Part shown: piece after piece, positions 25,972-37,812 of the stretch
Numbering within the stretch: position 1 is the stretch's first letter
Layout of the letters: each line of letters begins with the position of its first letter
Assembly: GCA_951406725.2 (NCBI GenBank)
Contig: OX597814.1
Location: 208,692,001 to 208,756,000, forward strand
Direction: 5' to 3'
Source of the DNA: Octopus vulgaris
Lineage: Eukaryota
Length of the DNA: 64,000 nucleotides
The notes under the pieces: model-generated
What the model was told of the DNA's origin: nothing
The model's database searches: none
What the model saw: the letters and a program-made list of their open reading frames with translations, nothing else
Program-made: the position numbers and the translations under genes

Positions 25972-26469
25972 AAATATCTAATTGTTGAAATATGAATGTT
26001 CAGCAGAGCTTGGTGCAGTCTTTTGACTTGCCAATTTCTGTCGAACAATCCAACCCTTGCCATCATGGATGACAGACATTAAATGACAATGATGATTATA
26101 TACACACACAACCTACAACATGAATGATTAGCATACAAAACACAACCTTGAGGAATTTTCTCCATACCTATATTGTTGATATTCGCAAGTGCGTGATTCC
26201 AATTCTTATTTCTGTAGTAAACCAACTCCCCCACTAATGACATAAGAACAACAACAACTAAATATAATAGACTAAAGCCATTTAGGTTTTGAATGCAATA
26301 AAAGAGTATATTCCATAATTGCTAGATCTGTAATGACTGATCTCAGAAATGCAAATTCATATTCATTAATTTGGCTATTAACTTTTCTTTTGTGTGTCTG
26401 TCTGACACAGCATTTCAATTAATTTATTTTCTTTGTTTTCAGTGCCATTGCTGTCATTATTATTTTTAC

Positions 26470-26832
26470 ATCCAGTCGAACGTGGCCAATGCCAGCGCCG
26501 CCCCGACTGGCTTCTGTGCCGGTGGCACATAAAAAGCACCATCCGAACGTGGCTGCTGCCAGCGCCACCTTGGCTGGCTTCTGTGCCGGTGGCACGTTAA
26601 AAGCTCCAACCGATCGTGGCCGATGCCGGACCCCACTGGCACCTGCGCAGGTGGCACGTAAAAAGCACCCACTACACTTGCAGAGTGGTTGGCGTTAGGA
26701 AGGGCATCCAGCTGTAGAAACTCTGCCAGATCAGACTGGAGTCTGGTGCAGCCCCTGGCTTCCCAGACCCCGGTCGAACCGTCCAACCCGTGCTTGCGTG
26801 GAAACGGATGTTAAACGATGATGATGATGATG
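26470..26832 (+). mobile_element. RTE LINE 3' end
   Basis: Three units and (GAT)n tail; close to the reverse complement of 10606-10952. Confidence 0.85.
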
Positions 26833-27103
26833 TACCTGCTGGCATGAGTTGAAAGTACCCTCATCGTCTCAGTCAGTTATTTGGAGTTGTTGCCCTTCTA
26901 GACAGATCAAGGACCACTTCTCATTCGTATGTTCCAGTTTTAGCATGGCTTCTATGACTTTCTAATGCCAACCACTCTACAGAGCATACTGAGTTCATTT
27001 ATTGTAGCTCTAAAGCTAGAGAGATTGCCCTGTCCTTGATAAGAATAAAGGGTCCTCTTGCTTGCTATCTCCATTCATTTGCCACCCTCTTTACAGTGCA
27101 TAA

Positions 27104-27420
27104 TCATCATCATCATCATTTAACACCTGCTTTCTATGCTGGGTTAGATGGTTTGACTGGAATTGGTAAGCCGGAGCGTTGCATCAGGTTCCAGTCTGAT
27201 TTGGGATGGTCTCTATGGCTGGTTGCCCTGCCTAACACCAAACAATCCAAGAGTGTAATGGGTGCTTTTTACGTGCCACTGGCATGGGTGCCATTTACAC
27301 GTCACTGGCAATGGCCACAATTACGATTTCACTTGGCTTGATGAGTCTTCACAAGCACAGCATATCGCCAACAGTCTCAGTCATTTGCCATCGCCTCCGT
27401 GAGGCCATCACCTCTGTGAG
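27104..27420 (-). mobile_element. RTE LINE 3' end reaching the end of the ORF
   Basis: Tail is contiguous with GGCCTCACGGAGGCGATG on the minus strand, matching the GLTEAM ORF end at ~48356; this links the tail family to RTE. Confidence 0.75.
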
Positions 27421-28248
27421 GTAGTGTGTGCATTTAACGATGGCACCAGCACAAGAGGGAAGAGGTCATTCTCAATAAGACTAAAGAGTTATATCTATTC
27501 TACATTTATTCAAGGCAATGTAACAGAGAGAATGAAAGAGAGAGAACCAGTGTGATAAACATAGAAACTACAATGAGGAAAACAGTGCTGGAAGATGTAT
27601 TAAAGGGCAAGAGACAGAAGTATGCAGCTTCATGTTGGTTGTTGATGAAGAGATTGAATAGAAAAACAGCATGAGTGGTAATGTGGGGAAGAGAGATTCA
27701 TAGCAAAGAGTTCATGCCTCAGTAGTTGCCTCTTTCTTGATCAGATCCTTTGTCTTTGAAGTAAATGATGATGAAATAGCTATGACAATCACTGAATATG
27801 ACAACTTCTGATATTACCAGCTTAACTATGTAATTGATTTCCTTAATTAGTTACTAGCGGGACCCATGAATATTTCATGAAATAATGGCAAACCTCTTGG
27901 GTTATTTCTGAAAACGTTATCCAAAAAATCTGAAAGTGTAGTCTGTGTTGTGTCTGTACAGAAAGCTAGTTGCACATCTGTTATTCATTGAAAAGTGAAA
28001 GAAATTGGAATATAATGACTACTTAATGCACTTTATATATACACGTTATGCACAATTTTATAGACGTAATACACAGCACTCACAAAATAAATATTCACTC
28101 TTATTTTTCCATTTTTCCCCACAAACAAAAAAAAAATCCCATACATATGATACAACCTTTAGTTAAATTGTATATATCTACCACATAAATATTTCATGGA
28201 ATTGCACTTATGTGCATGCGTTAAGTGATAGGTGATAAAAAAAACTAA

Positions 28249-28469
28249 GGCGGCGAGCTGGCAGAAACGTTAGCACGTCGGGCAAAATGCTTAGCGGTAT
28301 TTCGTCTGCCGCTACGTTCTGAGTTCAAATTCCGCCGAGGTCAACTTTGCCTTTCATCCTTTTGGGGGTCGATTAAATAAGTACCAGTTACGCACTGGGG
28401 TCGATATAATCGACTTAATCCGTTTGTCCTCTCTGTGTTTAGCCCCTTCTGGGTAGTGAAGAAATAGGT
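28249..28469 (+). mobile_element. SINE family B
   Basis: Full length; duplicated ATAGGTGATAAAAAAAA on both sides. Confidence 0.9.
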
Positions 28470-29197
28470 GATAAAAAAAACAGTTCAGTAAAAAAAAAAT
28501 ACACCCACCACCACCACCACCACCACCACCATCATCTCTCTCTCTACCTCTCTTTAACCTCACCATCAGAACATCACCCCTTTGCTAAAATTATATTTTT
28601 AACTCTCCTCCTCCACCTTCAACTGACTTTTTTAACCACATAATAAATATTACGGTCTCCCTACCTCATGTCAGGGATGCTTTTCTCTCCCTCTTTTTCT
28701 TTCTCCCTCTTTCTGACTCACTATTTGCCTTATCCCCTTTTTCTGTCCTTTTTCTTCCTCTTTTCCTTCAGCTAATCACATGAAAGCATTACAGTTAAAT
28801 TCCCTCTAACCCGTCATGGATGCTCCTCTCTCCCTCTTTTCTTTCTCCCTATTTTTTTCTCTAATCAGGCTAAGTAAAGGCTAAGTAATGCAATGACAAA
28901 CAGAATTATTATAAGATTTCTTTTAAGCCTCTCAGCAACTACATCTGGGGGACCAGTTGCTTTCTCTGCTACCATATCCTTAATCATACTTTTGATTCAA
29001 ACAGCTGACAATCTCAACAGCTGTCTGCTCCAACCTGTGTAACTAAGAAAAAAAACAGGTTTGATTTCTTTGAAGTGATAATGGTTAGCAACAGGAAAAG
29101 TATCCAGTGACTGAATCAATAATTCCAGCAACAACAACAACAAAAAAACACATAAGAACCATCAAAACCCCAGGTTTATGACTTCAATTTTGTTTAA

Positions 29198-29418
29198 CCC
29201 TTTCATTACTGTATTTATTTTGAGATGCTCTGTGTTTCTTTCAATTACTTTAAATATAACAAAGAATTTAGTAATTTAACTTAGTTATGATTAAGCTGGT
29301 TTTAGGAGCATAAATTGTGACTAAGGTTTGGTGGAAGATTTTAATTCAGAACTTATGAAAACAAGACATTTGTACTACTGAGCCAGAGCCGGTTTCAGCC
29401 GGGTTGGTAATGAAAGGG
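29198..29418. mobile_element. piggyBac-type MITE family 2
   Basis: TTAA flanks and CCCTTTC termini. Confidence 0.9.
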
Positions 29419-29913
29419 TTAAGGATGTACCCCAGTGATAAATGTTGGAAATATTATATAGAAAAAAAACATCAAGAAAGAAATAACCTGTCAAAGAAAC
29501 TAAGAAAAAATTACACTCTTCATTAAAGAAAACAATCGAAACATTAAATCAAAAGCCCTTTGCTGATACCATTCACGTTTTATAATTAATAATAGACTAT
29601 ATTCAAAATGTTTATTTAATAACATCCGTAGAATATTATTGTGTTGTATATGAGGTCATTGCTTTCTCAACTCTGTACTGATTGTTTGTAGTAGAGACAA
29701 GTTGCCTTCCTTTAAGTGATCTAAGGTTGTTAAATAGAATAATGTCAAGGGTTTGAAGTGGAGAGTTGAAATTCAGAGAAATAATGTCTATGCTATGATA
29801 AAAAAAAAAAAATGTTTTATCTCCTGTGAATTGTTACAGCTAAAAGTGTGAGGTGCTGAATTGAGACAAAGTGTGAATGACAAGGCTTTCTTTAGTTGAA
29901 AGTATAGGGAAAC

Positions 29914-30300
29914 TAATAGTTATCGCCATACTAATATGGCATTCTTATAAAAATAAGAAAAAAGCTGTCCGCTTATTAGCTCCATGAGGCCATCGCCTTA
30001 AGTTAGCTATTTGATACACAAACTGTATCCATATAACCTTCGAACAAGGGAGGTCAGTCGCTCCACACTACTTGACCGGCAGCTACAGACGCGTTTCGGG
30101 GTATTGCCCCTTTTCAATGCAGCGTAGCCAGCCAGTAGGTGTCGCTTCCGACAATCTCTGTTCGATGGTTTTATTTAATAGCTAACTTAAGGCGATGGCC
30201 TCATGGAGCTAATAAGCGGACAGCTTTTTTTCTTATTTTTATAAGAATGCCATATTAGTATGGCGATAACTATTATTTTCCGGGAACGCTGCCGCTGTTC
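29914..30300. mobile_element. Inverted-repeat element enclosing a hammerhead motif (Penelope-like remnant)
   Basis: ~98-bp near-perfect arms at 29914-30011 and 30177-30275 around a more GC-rich spacer. Confidence 0.75.
30082..30123 (-). ncRNA. Minimal type-I hammerhead ribozyme motif, U3-A8 variant
   Basis: GCTGCA-TTGAAAA-GGGG-caata-CCCC-GAAA-CGCG-TC|TGTAGC: 6-bp stem I, 4-bp stem II, palindromic stem III ACGCGT, GUC triplet. Confidence 0.78.
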
Positions 30301-30606
30301 TCTTTTAGAGAGACTTAGTAATTTTAATATTTCTATTATAGGTGAAACATTATCTATAAAATGATAATGCAAATCAACTAAGTGTAAAAGCACTAGTAAA
30401 TTGTAGAGCTACATATGTAAAGAACAACACTAGTGGGATGTAAAAAGTGCCATAAATTATGTGACAGCCGCTGACAACTAGAGTGCAAATAAGCCAAGGA
30501 ATAGTCGAGTAGGGTTAAGATATAATTTTATAATGTTCCAAAGATATGTCACTATATTTAGTGAAGTCATCAGAGGTTGCAGACACCAAACTTATGTCAA
30601 CTTATA

Positions 30607-30771
30607 GGCATAGGAGTGGCTGTGTGGTAAGTAGCTTGCTTACCAACCACATGGTTCCGGGTTCAGTCCCACTGCGTGGCACCTTGAGCAAGTGTCTTCT
30701 ACTATAGCCTCGGGCCGACCAAAGCCTTGTGAGTGGATTTGGTAGACGGAAACTGAAAGAAGCCCGTCGTA

Positions 30772-30826
<55 letters not shown>

Positions 30827-31040
30827 ATATGTTTGTGTGTCTGTGTTTGTCCCCCAACATCGCTTGACAACCGATGCTGGTGTGTTTATGTCCCCGTCAC
30901 TTAGCGGTTCGGCAAAAAAGAGACTGATAGAATAAGTACTAGGCTTACAAAGAATAAGTCCTGCGGTCGATTTGCTCGGCTAAAAGGCGGTGCTCCAGCA
31001 TGGCCACAGTCAAATGACCGAAACAAGTAAAAGTAAAAGA
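30607..31040 (+). mobile_element. SINE family A
   Basis: Full length; subfamily with CTTACC, GCACCTT, CAAAGCC. Confidence 0.9.
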
Positions 31041-31135
31041 AACTATCTACTGAGATACAATTTTAAGGAAAGGTAGTAAGGGGGGGGGCGATATATATAA
31101 AAAAAATAATTGAAATAAAACTCAAAGAGAAACAA

Positions 31136-31294
31136 CAGGAGTGGCTGTGTGGTAAGTAGCTTGCTAACCAACCACATGGTTGCGGGTTCATTCCCACTGC
31201 GTGGCATCTTGGGCAAGTGCCTTCTGCTATAGCCTCGGGCTGACCAATGCCTTGTGAGAGGATTTGGTAGACGGAAACTGAAAGAAGCCTGTCG

Positions 31295-31356
<62 letters not shown>

Positions 31357-31545
31357 TGTATTTGTCCCTCTAGCATTGCTTGACAACCGATGCTGGTGTG
31401 TTTACGTCCCCGTCACTTAGCAGTTCGGCAAAAGAGACCGATAGAATAAGTACTGGGCTTACAAAGAATAAGTCCCGGGGTCGATTTGCTCGACTAAAGG
31501 TGGTGCTCCAGCATGGCCACAGTCAAATGACAAACAAGTAAAAGA
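31136..31545 (+). mobile_element. SINE family A
   Basis: Subfamily with CTAACC, GCATCTT, CAATGCC. Confidence 0.9.
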
Positions 31546-32350
31546 AACTATCTACTGAGATTCAATTTTAAGAAAAGGTAGTAAGGAGGGAAAAATATAT
31601 TAAAAAAAAATTGAAATAAAACTCAAAGAGAAACGGAAGAAAATGAAAATTTTGATTTTAAATCCTTCCATACTACAATTGGACGTGAAGGCTAATAAAA
31701 ATTCCCTGGTAGTTGTATAGATCTGAACTAAGACAAAGGTTAAGAAAACAGTAGCAGCTTCTATTTATATATATAAATACTATATTATCTACAACACAAC
31801 ACCACAAAGGACACAGTTCCACATTGTATATCAGTGCACTTTAGCACAAACAGCTACAAAATAATAATTATGAATGGGGGTTTTTTAGAACAAACTTTAA
31901 AAGCCCATTCACAACCGTAGTTGAAATACCAGACAGCTATTACTGGAATATTTAAAGAGAAGATTACCAGTCTGTTGAACTGTGAGTCTTGTGAATAATT
32001 AGTACTTTACTATGCACTAAGAAGGACTGGAAGAAAGACTGCTTAAGATAGTTCAAAAGCGTCTAACTACACCCTAAAATTAATCATACAATTAAATGTC
32101 CAGTTATTAGCATGTTCACACTTTGAAATACAAAGTGTTTACTCAAAAGATCTAGTAGCTTGAATGTAATGTATTTAGATGTTGATATGGACATTTGTGG
32201 TTGGTTTTCATCATAATTAAAATAGGAAGAACAAATTCTTTATTAACAATTTCTTATCTTCTGACAAAATGAACAAAAAAATGTTTAAATGTCAATGAAA
32301 ATAATTAGAGGAAGACTGTAAATACAGATGAAAAAGCGAACTGTTTAAAC

Positions 32351-33537
32351 CAGTGTTTCTCAACCTTTGTACCCTTGCGTAACCCTTAAAATAAATTACA
32401 TGTCTCAAGGAACCCCTGCACAAAAAAAAAATTATATACCATATCTTTCTCATATTTTTTTCAGCATAGTTCATGTGGTAAATATAAGGAATGGCTGTGT
32501 GGTAAGAAGCTTGCTCACCAACCACATGGTTCTGGGTTCAGTCCCACTGCATGGCACCTTGGACAAGTGTCTTCTACTATAGCTTCAGGCTGACCAAAGC
32601 CTTGTGAGTGGATTCGGTAGACGGAAACTGAAAGAAGCCCATCGTGTTTATATATATATATCGAAATTGAACCAAATTCGATGATTGGCACCTGTGCTAG
32701 TGGAGCGCTAACAGCTCCATCTGAGCAGGATCACTGCCAGAGCAGCTGTCTGGCTTGCGTGCTGCTGGCATGTAAAAAGCACCATTTGAGTATGATCGTT
32801 ACCAGCGTTGCCTTACTGGCACTTGTGCTGGTGGCATGTGAACAAAACATTCGAGCAAGGTCATTGCCAGTGCCACTGGACTGACTCCTGTGCGGGTAGC
32901 ACATAAAAAACACCATTTGAGTGTGACTGTTGCCAGGATTGCCAGACTGGCCCTCGTACCGGTGGCACATAAAAGCACCCACTACACTTTCGAATTGGTT
33001 GGTATTAGAAAGGGCATCCAGCTGTAGAAACTCTGCCAGATCAGATTGGAGCCTGGTGCAACCATCTGGTTCGCCAGTCCTCAGTCAAATCGTTCAACCC
33101 ATGCTAGCATGGAAAGCAGACGTTAAATGATGATAATGACATATACATGTTTGTGTGTCTGTATTTGTCCCCCCTACCATCGCTTGACAATCAATGTTAG
33201 CATGTTTACATCACCATAACTTAGTGGTTCAGCAAAAGAGACCGATAAAATAAGTACTAGACTTACAAAGAATAAGTCCTGGGGTCAATTTGTTCGACTA
33301 AAGGCGGTGCTCCAGCATGGCCACAGTCAACTGACTAAAACAAATAATAGAATATATGGTTGTTATATTTTTTTGATAACATAATAGGTTTGATAGCATG
33401 AAGTCTAGATTACAATAACCAATAATATGTTGTGCATGTAGAGTAATATTACAATCATGAAATTAGCATTAGCTTATCTCACACTTTCTCACGGAACCAC
33501 TAGGAACCTTTTGTGGAACCCTAGTTGAGAAACGCTG
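32351..33537. mobile_element. hAT (Charlie-like) non-autonomous element with nested SINE A (~32488-33352) and RTE 3' end (~32662-33140)
   Basis: TIRs CAGTGTTTCTCAAC / GTTGAGAAACGCTG; 8-bp TSD GTTTAAAC / GTTTAGAC. Confidence 0.82.
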
Positions 33538-33612
33538 GTTTAGACAATAACTATGGGAAATTGAGAGAAGAATAAAAAAAGGATTTGTTGATGCCAATAG
33601 CAGCTAAATTAA

Positions 33613-34020
33613 CTCTTTTGATATCAAGCCCCCTAAGACCGCCTCTGGCGTTACGATATGAACGTCCTATTTTAAATTAAAACTCCTCATTTTAATTTAG
33701 GTCCCAAACACCTTAACCCTTTCGTTACCAACCCGGCCAAAACCGGCTCTGGCTCAGTAGTACAAATGTCTTGTTTTCATTAGTTTTCCATTAAAATTTA
33801 CCACCAAACCTTAGTCACAATTTATGTTCCTAACACTAGCTTAATAATAACTTAGTTATTTTACTAAATTCATTGTTATATTTAAAACAATTGAAAGAAG
33901 TTTTGAGCATCTCAACATAAATACAGTAATGCTGATAAAATTATTTCACTATTTTTTCCATTATTTTCAAAATGAATTGAATCAAAGCAAAATTTCAACA
34001 AAAATATGTAGGCAAAAGAG
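33613..34020. mobile_element. Old piggyBac-type MITE containing a 3'-truncated family-2 MITE (33717-33931)
   Basis: Outer ends CTCTTTTG...CAAAAGAG; inner TTAA|CCCTTTCGTTACC. Confidence 0.65.
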
Positions 34021-34893
34021 TAAAGGTAAAGAAATCACCAACAACCAAAGCCTCTAGAACTGTCTGACAAACAAATTTCAGACTAATAGTTTGGCCATCA
34101 TGATGTTCTTGGTAGTAGTTACTCAAATGTCACCCTATTTCACCTCTATACATCACACTGAAAATAATGCAGTAGATGAAGAAACTCCAAGCATGTTGAA
34201 ATAGAGGAAGTTACGATGTGTTCTGTACCTAAACCATAATTTTTTCTATGCTACTGTTTCTCTCGATGAACAAAAAAAAAAAAAAAAAAAAAAGAGACCA
34301 AAAAACTCATACAGGAATTTAACTCAAATATTCTAAAATTTCTATTTTGGGTTCTCCACAAACTAATAAAGTTAACTATGCTAGAATAAATAACAAAATA
34401 GTTTTTGTTAATACTTCAACTAAATAATATGCACTAATACACAACAATAATCTTCTCAACAGATGTGTACATGATAATGTGTATCCCCCACCCACAACAC
34501 ATGGATCATTTGAGCTGCATGTATTTTAGATGTTACCAGTTAATCAGTTGAAGTTGAAAATACACTGACAGACAGTATATTTATACTTGATGGCACATAG
34601 ATCAATATTACAAGTTTAAATTTCTTCCAATCAAACACTAAAAATGAATGGTTTTTTTTAAAAACAATTTATATTTTTTAGTTATTTTTGAGGTGGCTAG
34701 ATTATTGTTGAAACTAAACTTGTTTTTCTTTGCAAACATTTAAATGCCCCCCTAACAGAAAAAAGTGAACAGACACAGTCAAAGGTACATGCCTGAGCAA
34801 CAGAAAGGCAATATAATGGAAGTCGAAAATAACTGCAAAATCAATTTCCACAGCTCTGCATGGGCTTTCTGCAATGAGCTGCTTATGACATCA

Positions 34894-35334
34894 TCTTCTC
34901 TCTAAATAAACGGCAGTTTGTCTGTCTGTGTGTCTGTCAGGTTGTACCCTCACCCTGACCACGGCTTTCAACCGATTCTGATGAAACTTGACACACACAT
35001 AGCCCAATGTCATAATTCAAAACTAACGCAGTGAAAATTTTGAAAAGTTCACCCAGTTCTGAAAAAATCAATAAATCCAACATGGGGTCGAGAATCTAAG
35101 CTTTTTATATGCAACACATTTTCTGGGCTGTACATGGGCTGTTCACGCGTTGGGAGGCGCAATGATGTTTTCATGTTTTCACCCAAAGGGACAGCTAGGA
35201 ACATCGTATACGCAGAAGTATTCGAGTGAAGAGAAGACATTGCAACCTCCCTAGAGGGAAAGGACTAGATTGGGATTAGTCGTTGCCTACTAGGGGCTCT
35301 TACATACCCGGGCAACACCAGGCTATGCTGCTAG
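34894..35334 (+). mobile_element. Non-autonomous Helitron retaining the RepHel C-terminus
   Basis: A|TC...CTAG|T and 3' hairpin; 35128-35229 reads LYMGCSRVGRRNDVFMFSPKGTARNIVYAEVFE*, like the Pif1-type helicase end LYVACSRV...NIVY. Confidence 0.87.
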
Positions 35335-36486
35335 TGTTTAGATAAAAACCACTTCATACAGGTCATCAGTTTTTTTTTTTTTTTGGTGATGGTGAAGAAG
35401 TATTCCCTACTTTGTAGAAGTATAACAAGGAAAGCTAATGTTTACACAGGTATTTAAACATAGACAATAGAAGATATAAATCGAAAGATGTGGGTATTTA
35501 TGGTATCTACCAATAATCTAATCCAGTACAATTTCACTGGTCCCATTCATTCTTTACTAATCCCTTTCTTACAATCAACTGTCCATGTATCAGAATCCTT
35601 TTGCTCTCAACCTAAATAGCTTTCATTTTCTCTCCTCACTTCCTGTGCTTATTGTTAAACATAAGACACACACAAAAGATTCTCTTACATACACACACAA
35701 GTGAAACATTTCAAAGGTCCTCTTACACACAAGCACACGCCTAGTACTGTAGTGAGGCACATAAAAGAGCTGTCATTTTGTTAGTGCCTGTCCCATAAAG
35801 TTTAAGTAGATATTTATCATTGTGCTAGTCATGAGATAAACTACATTCAAAATATACAGAATATAGTTTACTATTGTAATCTATAATTCCATCTACAAAT
35901 ACAGACTAGGTGGGTGGATGGATGGATAGAGGTAGAGTGTGTGTGTGTGTGTGAGAGAGAGTGAGGTATAGTTACAGACATAGCTGCAGAGTTAAAAAGT
36001 TCACTTCCATTGCACAGCACCTTGGACAGGTGTCTCCTACTATAACAGTGAGTTGACCAATGCCTTGCTAGTGACTTTGGTGAGTGAGTGAAAGAAAGAG
36101 AAGTGAATACTAACATTCCACAGGTTTGCTAGACACTGAGTGAAAAAGTGCTAAGTTTAGTACTGATATTACGGACACTTGCTTTGTGCTTTCAAACCAA
36201 TGATATGGAAAAAAAAAAATGTTACTTGAAAAACAGGTAAAGGTTCGTGATAGGAAGAGCCTGACTGTAAATTCTTGCCTTAAATAAATCCTCATCCAGC
36301 TTATGCTAGCATGGAAAAATGGACATTATACAAATGTGTGTTTGTGTGTGTAAACAGGAAGGACATTTAGCTATAGAAAATCTACCTCAACAAATTTCAT
36401 TTGACCCATGCAAACATGGAAAAGAGGATGTTAAATGATGATTATGTGAAGATATGTATGTATATATATATATATATATATATATA

Positions 36487-36682
36487 GTTAATCCAAACAT
36501 GAAAACACAAAGAGAAAACACAACAACGCGAGGACGTGGAACAAATATAGTATTATTGGATGCTCAGGAAAGAAGGGTTCAACATTTCGAGCGGAGCTCT
36601 TCGTCGGAAACATAGGAGAAGGAAAGATCCAGAAAAGGGAAGACAGAGGGAGAAAAATTGCCAACGGTACACACGCGGTCAC

Positions 36683-36685
<3 letters not shown>
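36487..36685 (-). mobile_element. Penelope-like terminal fragment with hammerhead motif, inserted in (TA)n
   Basis: (TA)n on both sides; minus strand 36611-36577 reads GTTT-CCGACGA-A-GAGC-tcc-GCTC-GAAA-TG-TT|GAAC. Confidence 0.65.
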
Positions 36686-36720
<35 letters not shown>

Positions 36721-36925
36721 AATGCAGTTGTGTAAAACTGGAACAATAAACAGAACAAAGTTGCAGTTTTACCTTGCGTTTCTATATTCTGGGCTGAAGA
36801 ACCCTTCTTCAGGACATTCAGAAAATTGTAGTATATTTTGTACCTTCTTGAATTGTTCCTGCTTTACACAACTACATTCTTTGAATTATTCTTCTCAATG
36901 CTTCACAAAAACTACTTCATTTCTT

Positions 36926-36967
<42 letters not shown>

Positions 36968-37308
36968 GAACACAAAGTTGTATTTAAAAAACATTTTACC
37001 TGTTTAAAATTTAACCTGAAGTTGGTGGATTATATGTTGTGATATAATCTAATACATCAATAAAATTCTGAAACAGCTGTCATAAATTTTAAATTCCATT
37101 TGTGTTCTCTTTTTATACCTACATCACACCTGAAACCAACCCCAGAGACAGAGCTACAGTTTAAACTGGAATTGATACTTATATATCTATAGTATCCTAC
37201 TAATACTTGATACTTTCATTGTTTTCCTCACCATGTTATTGTACCTAGCCATTTCTAGTGTACATGTTTATGTGCCTAGGTTCTATTGAATCTATATATA
37301 TATATATA

Positions 37309-37452
37309 TCATCATCATCATCATCATCGTTTAACGTCCGCTTTCCATGCTAGCATGGGTTGGACGGTTCAACTGGGGTCTGGGAAGCCCGAAGGCTGCA
37401 CCAGGCCAGTCAGATGTGGCAGTGTTTCTACAGCTGGATGCCCTTCCATAAC

Positions 37453-37456
<4 letters not shown>
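37309..37456 (-). mobile_element. Short RTE 3' end
   Basis: (CAT)n start on plus strand and conserved block, inside (TA)n. Confidence 0.8.
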
Positions 37457-37510
<54 letters not shown>

Positions 37511-37812
37511 AAGGCGCAATGGCCCAGTGGTTAGGGCAGCGGACTCGTGGTTGTAGGATCGCGGTTTCGATTCCCAGGCCGGGCATTGTGAGTGTTTATT
37601 TGAGAGAAAAACACCTAAAGCTTCACGCGGCTCCAGCAGGGGGTGGTGGTGATCCCTGCTGTACTCTTTCGCCACAACTTTCTCTCACCTTTCATCTGTT
37701 GGCCTGCTTGCTTAGCCAGCGGGGTGGCGTCATTTGAAGGCTAAAACAATGCGAAGCACATTGTGACCAGCAATGTGTAGCAACATCTGATAGCCTGGTC
37801 AGTCACGGTGAT
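37511..37812 (+). mobile_element. SINE with family C head and a different 3' tail
   Basis: Matches 51656 for ~175 nt, then diverges completely. Confidence 0.8.
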
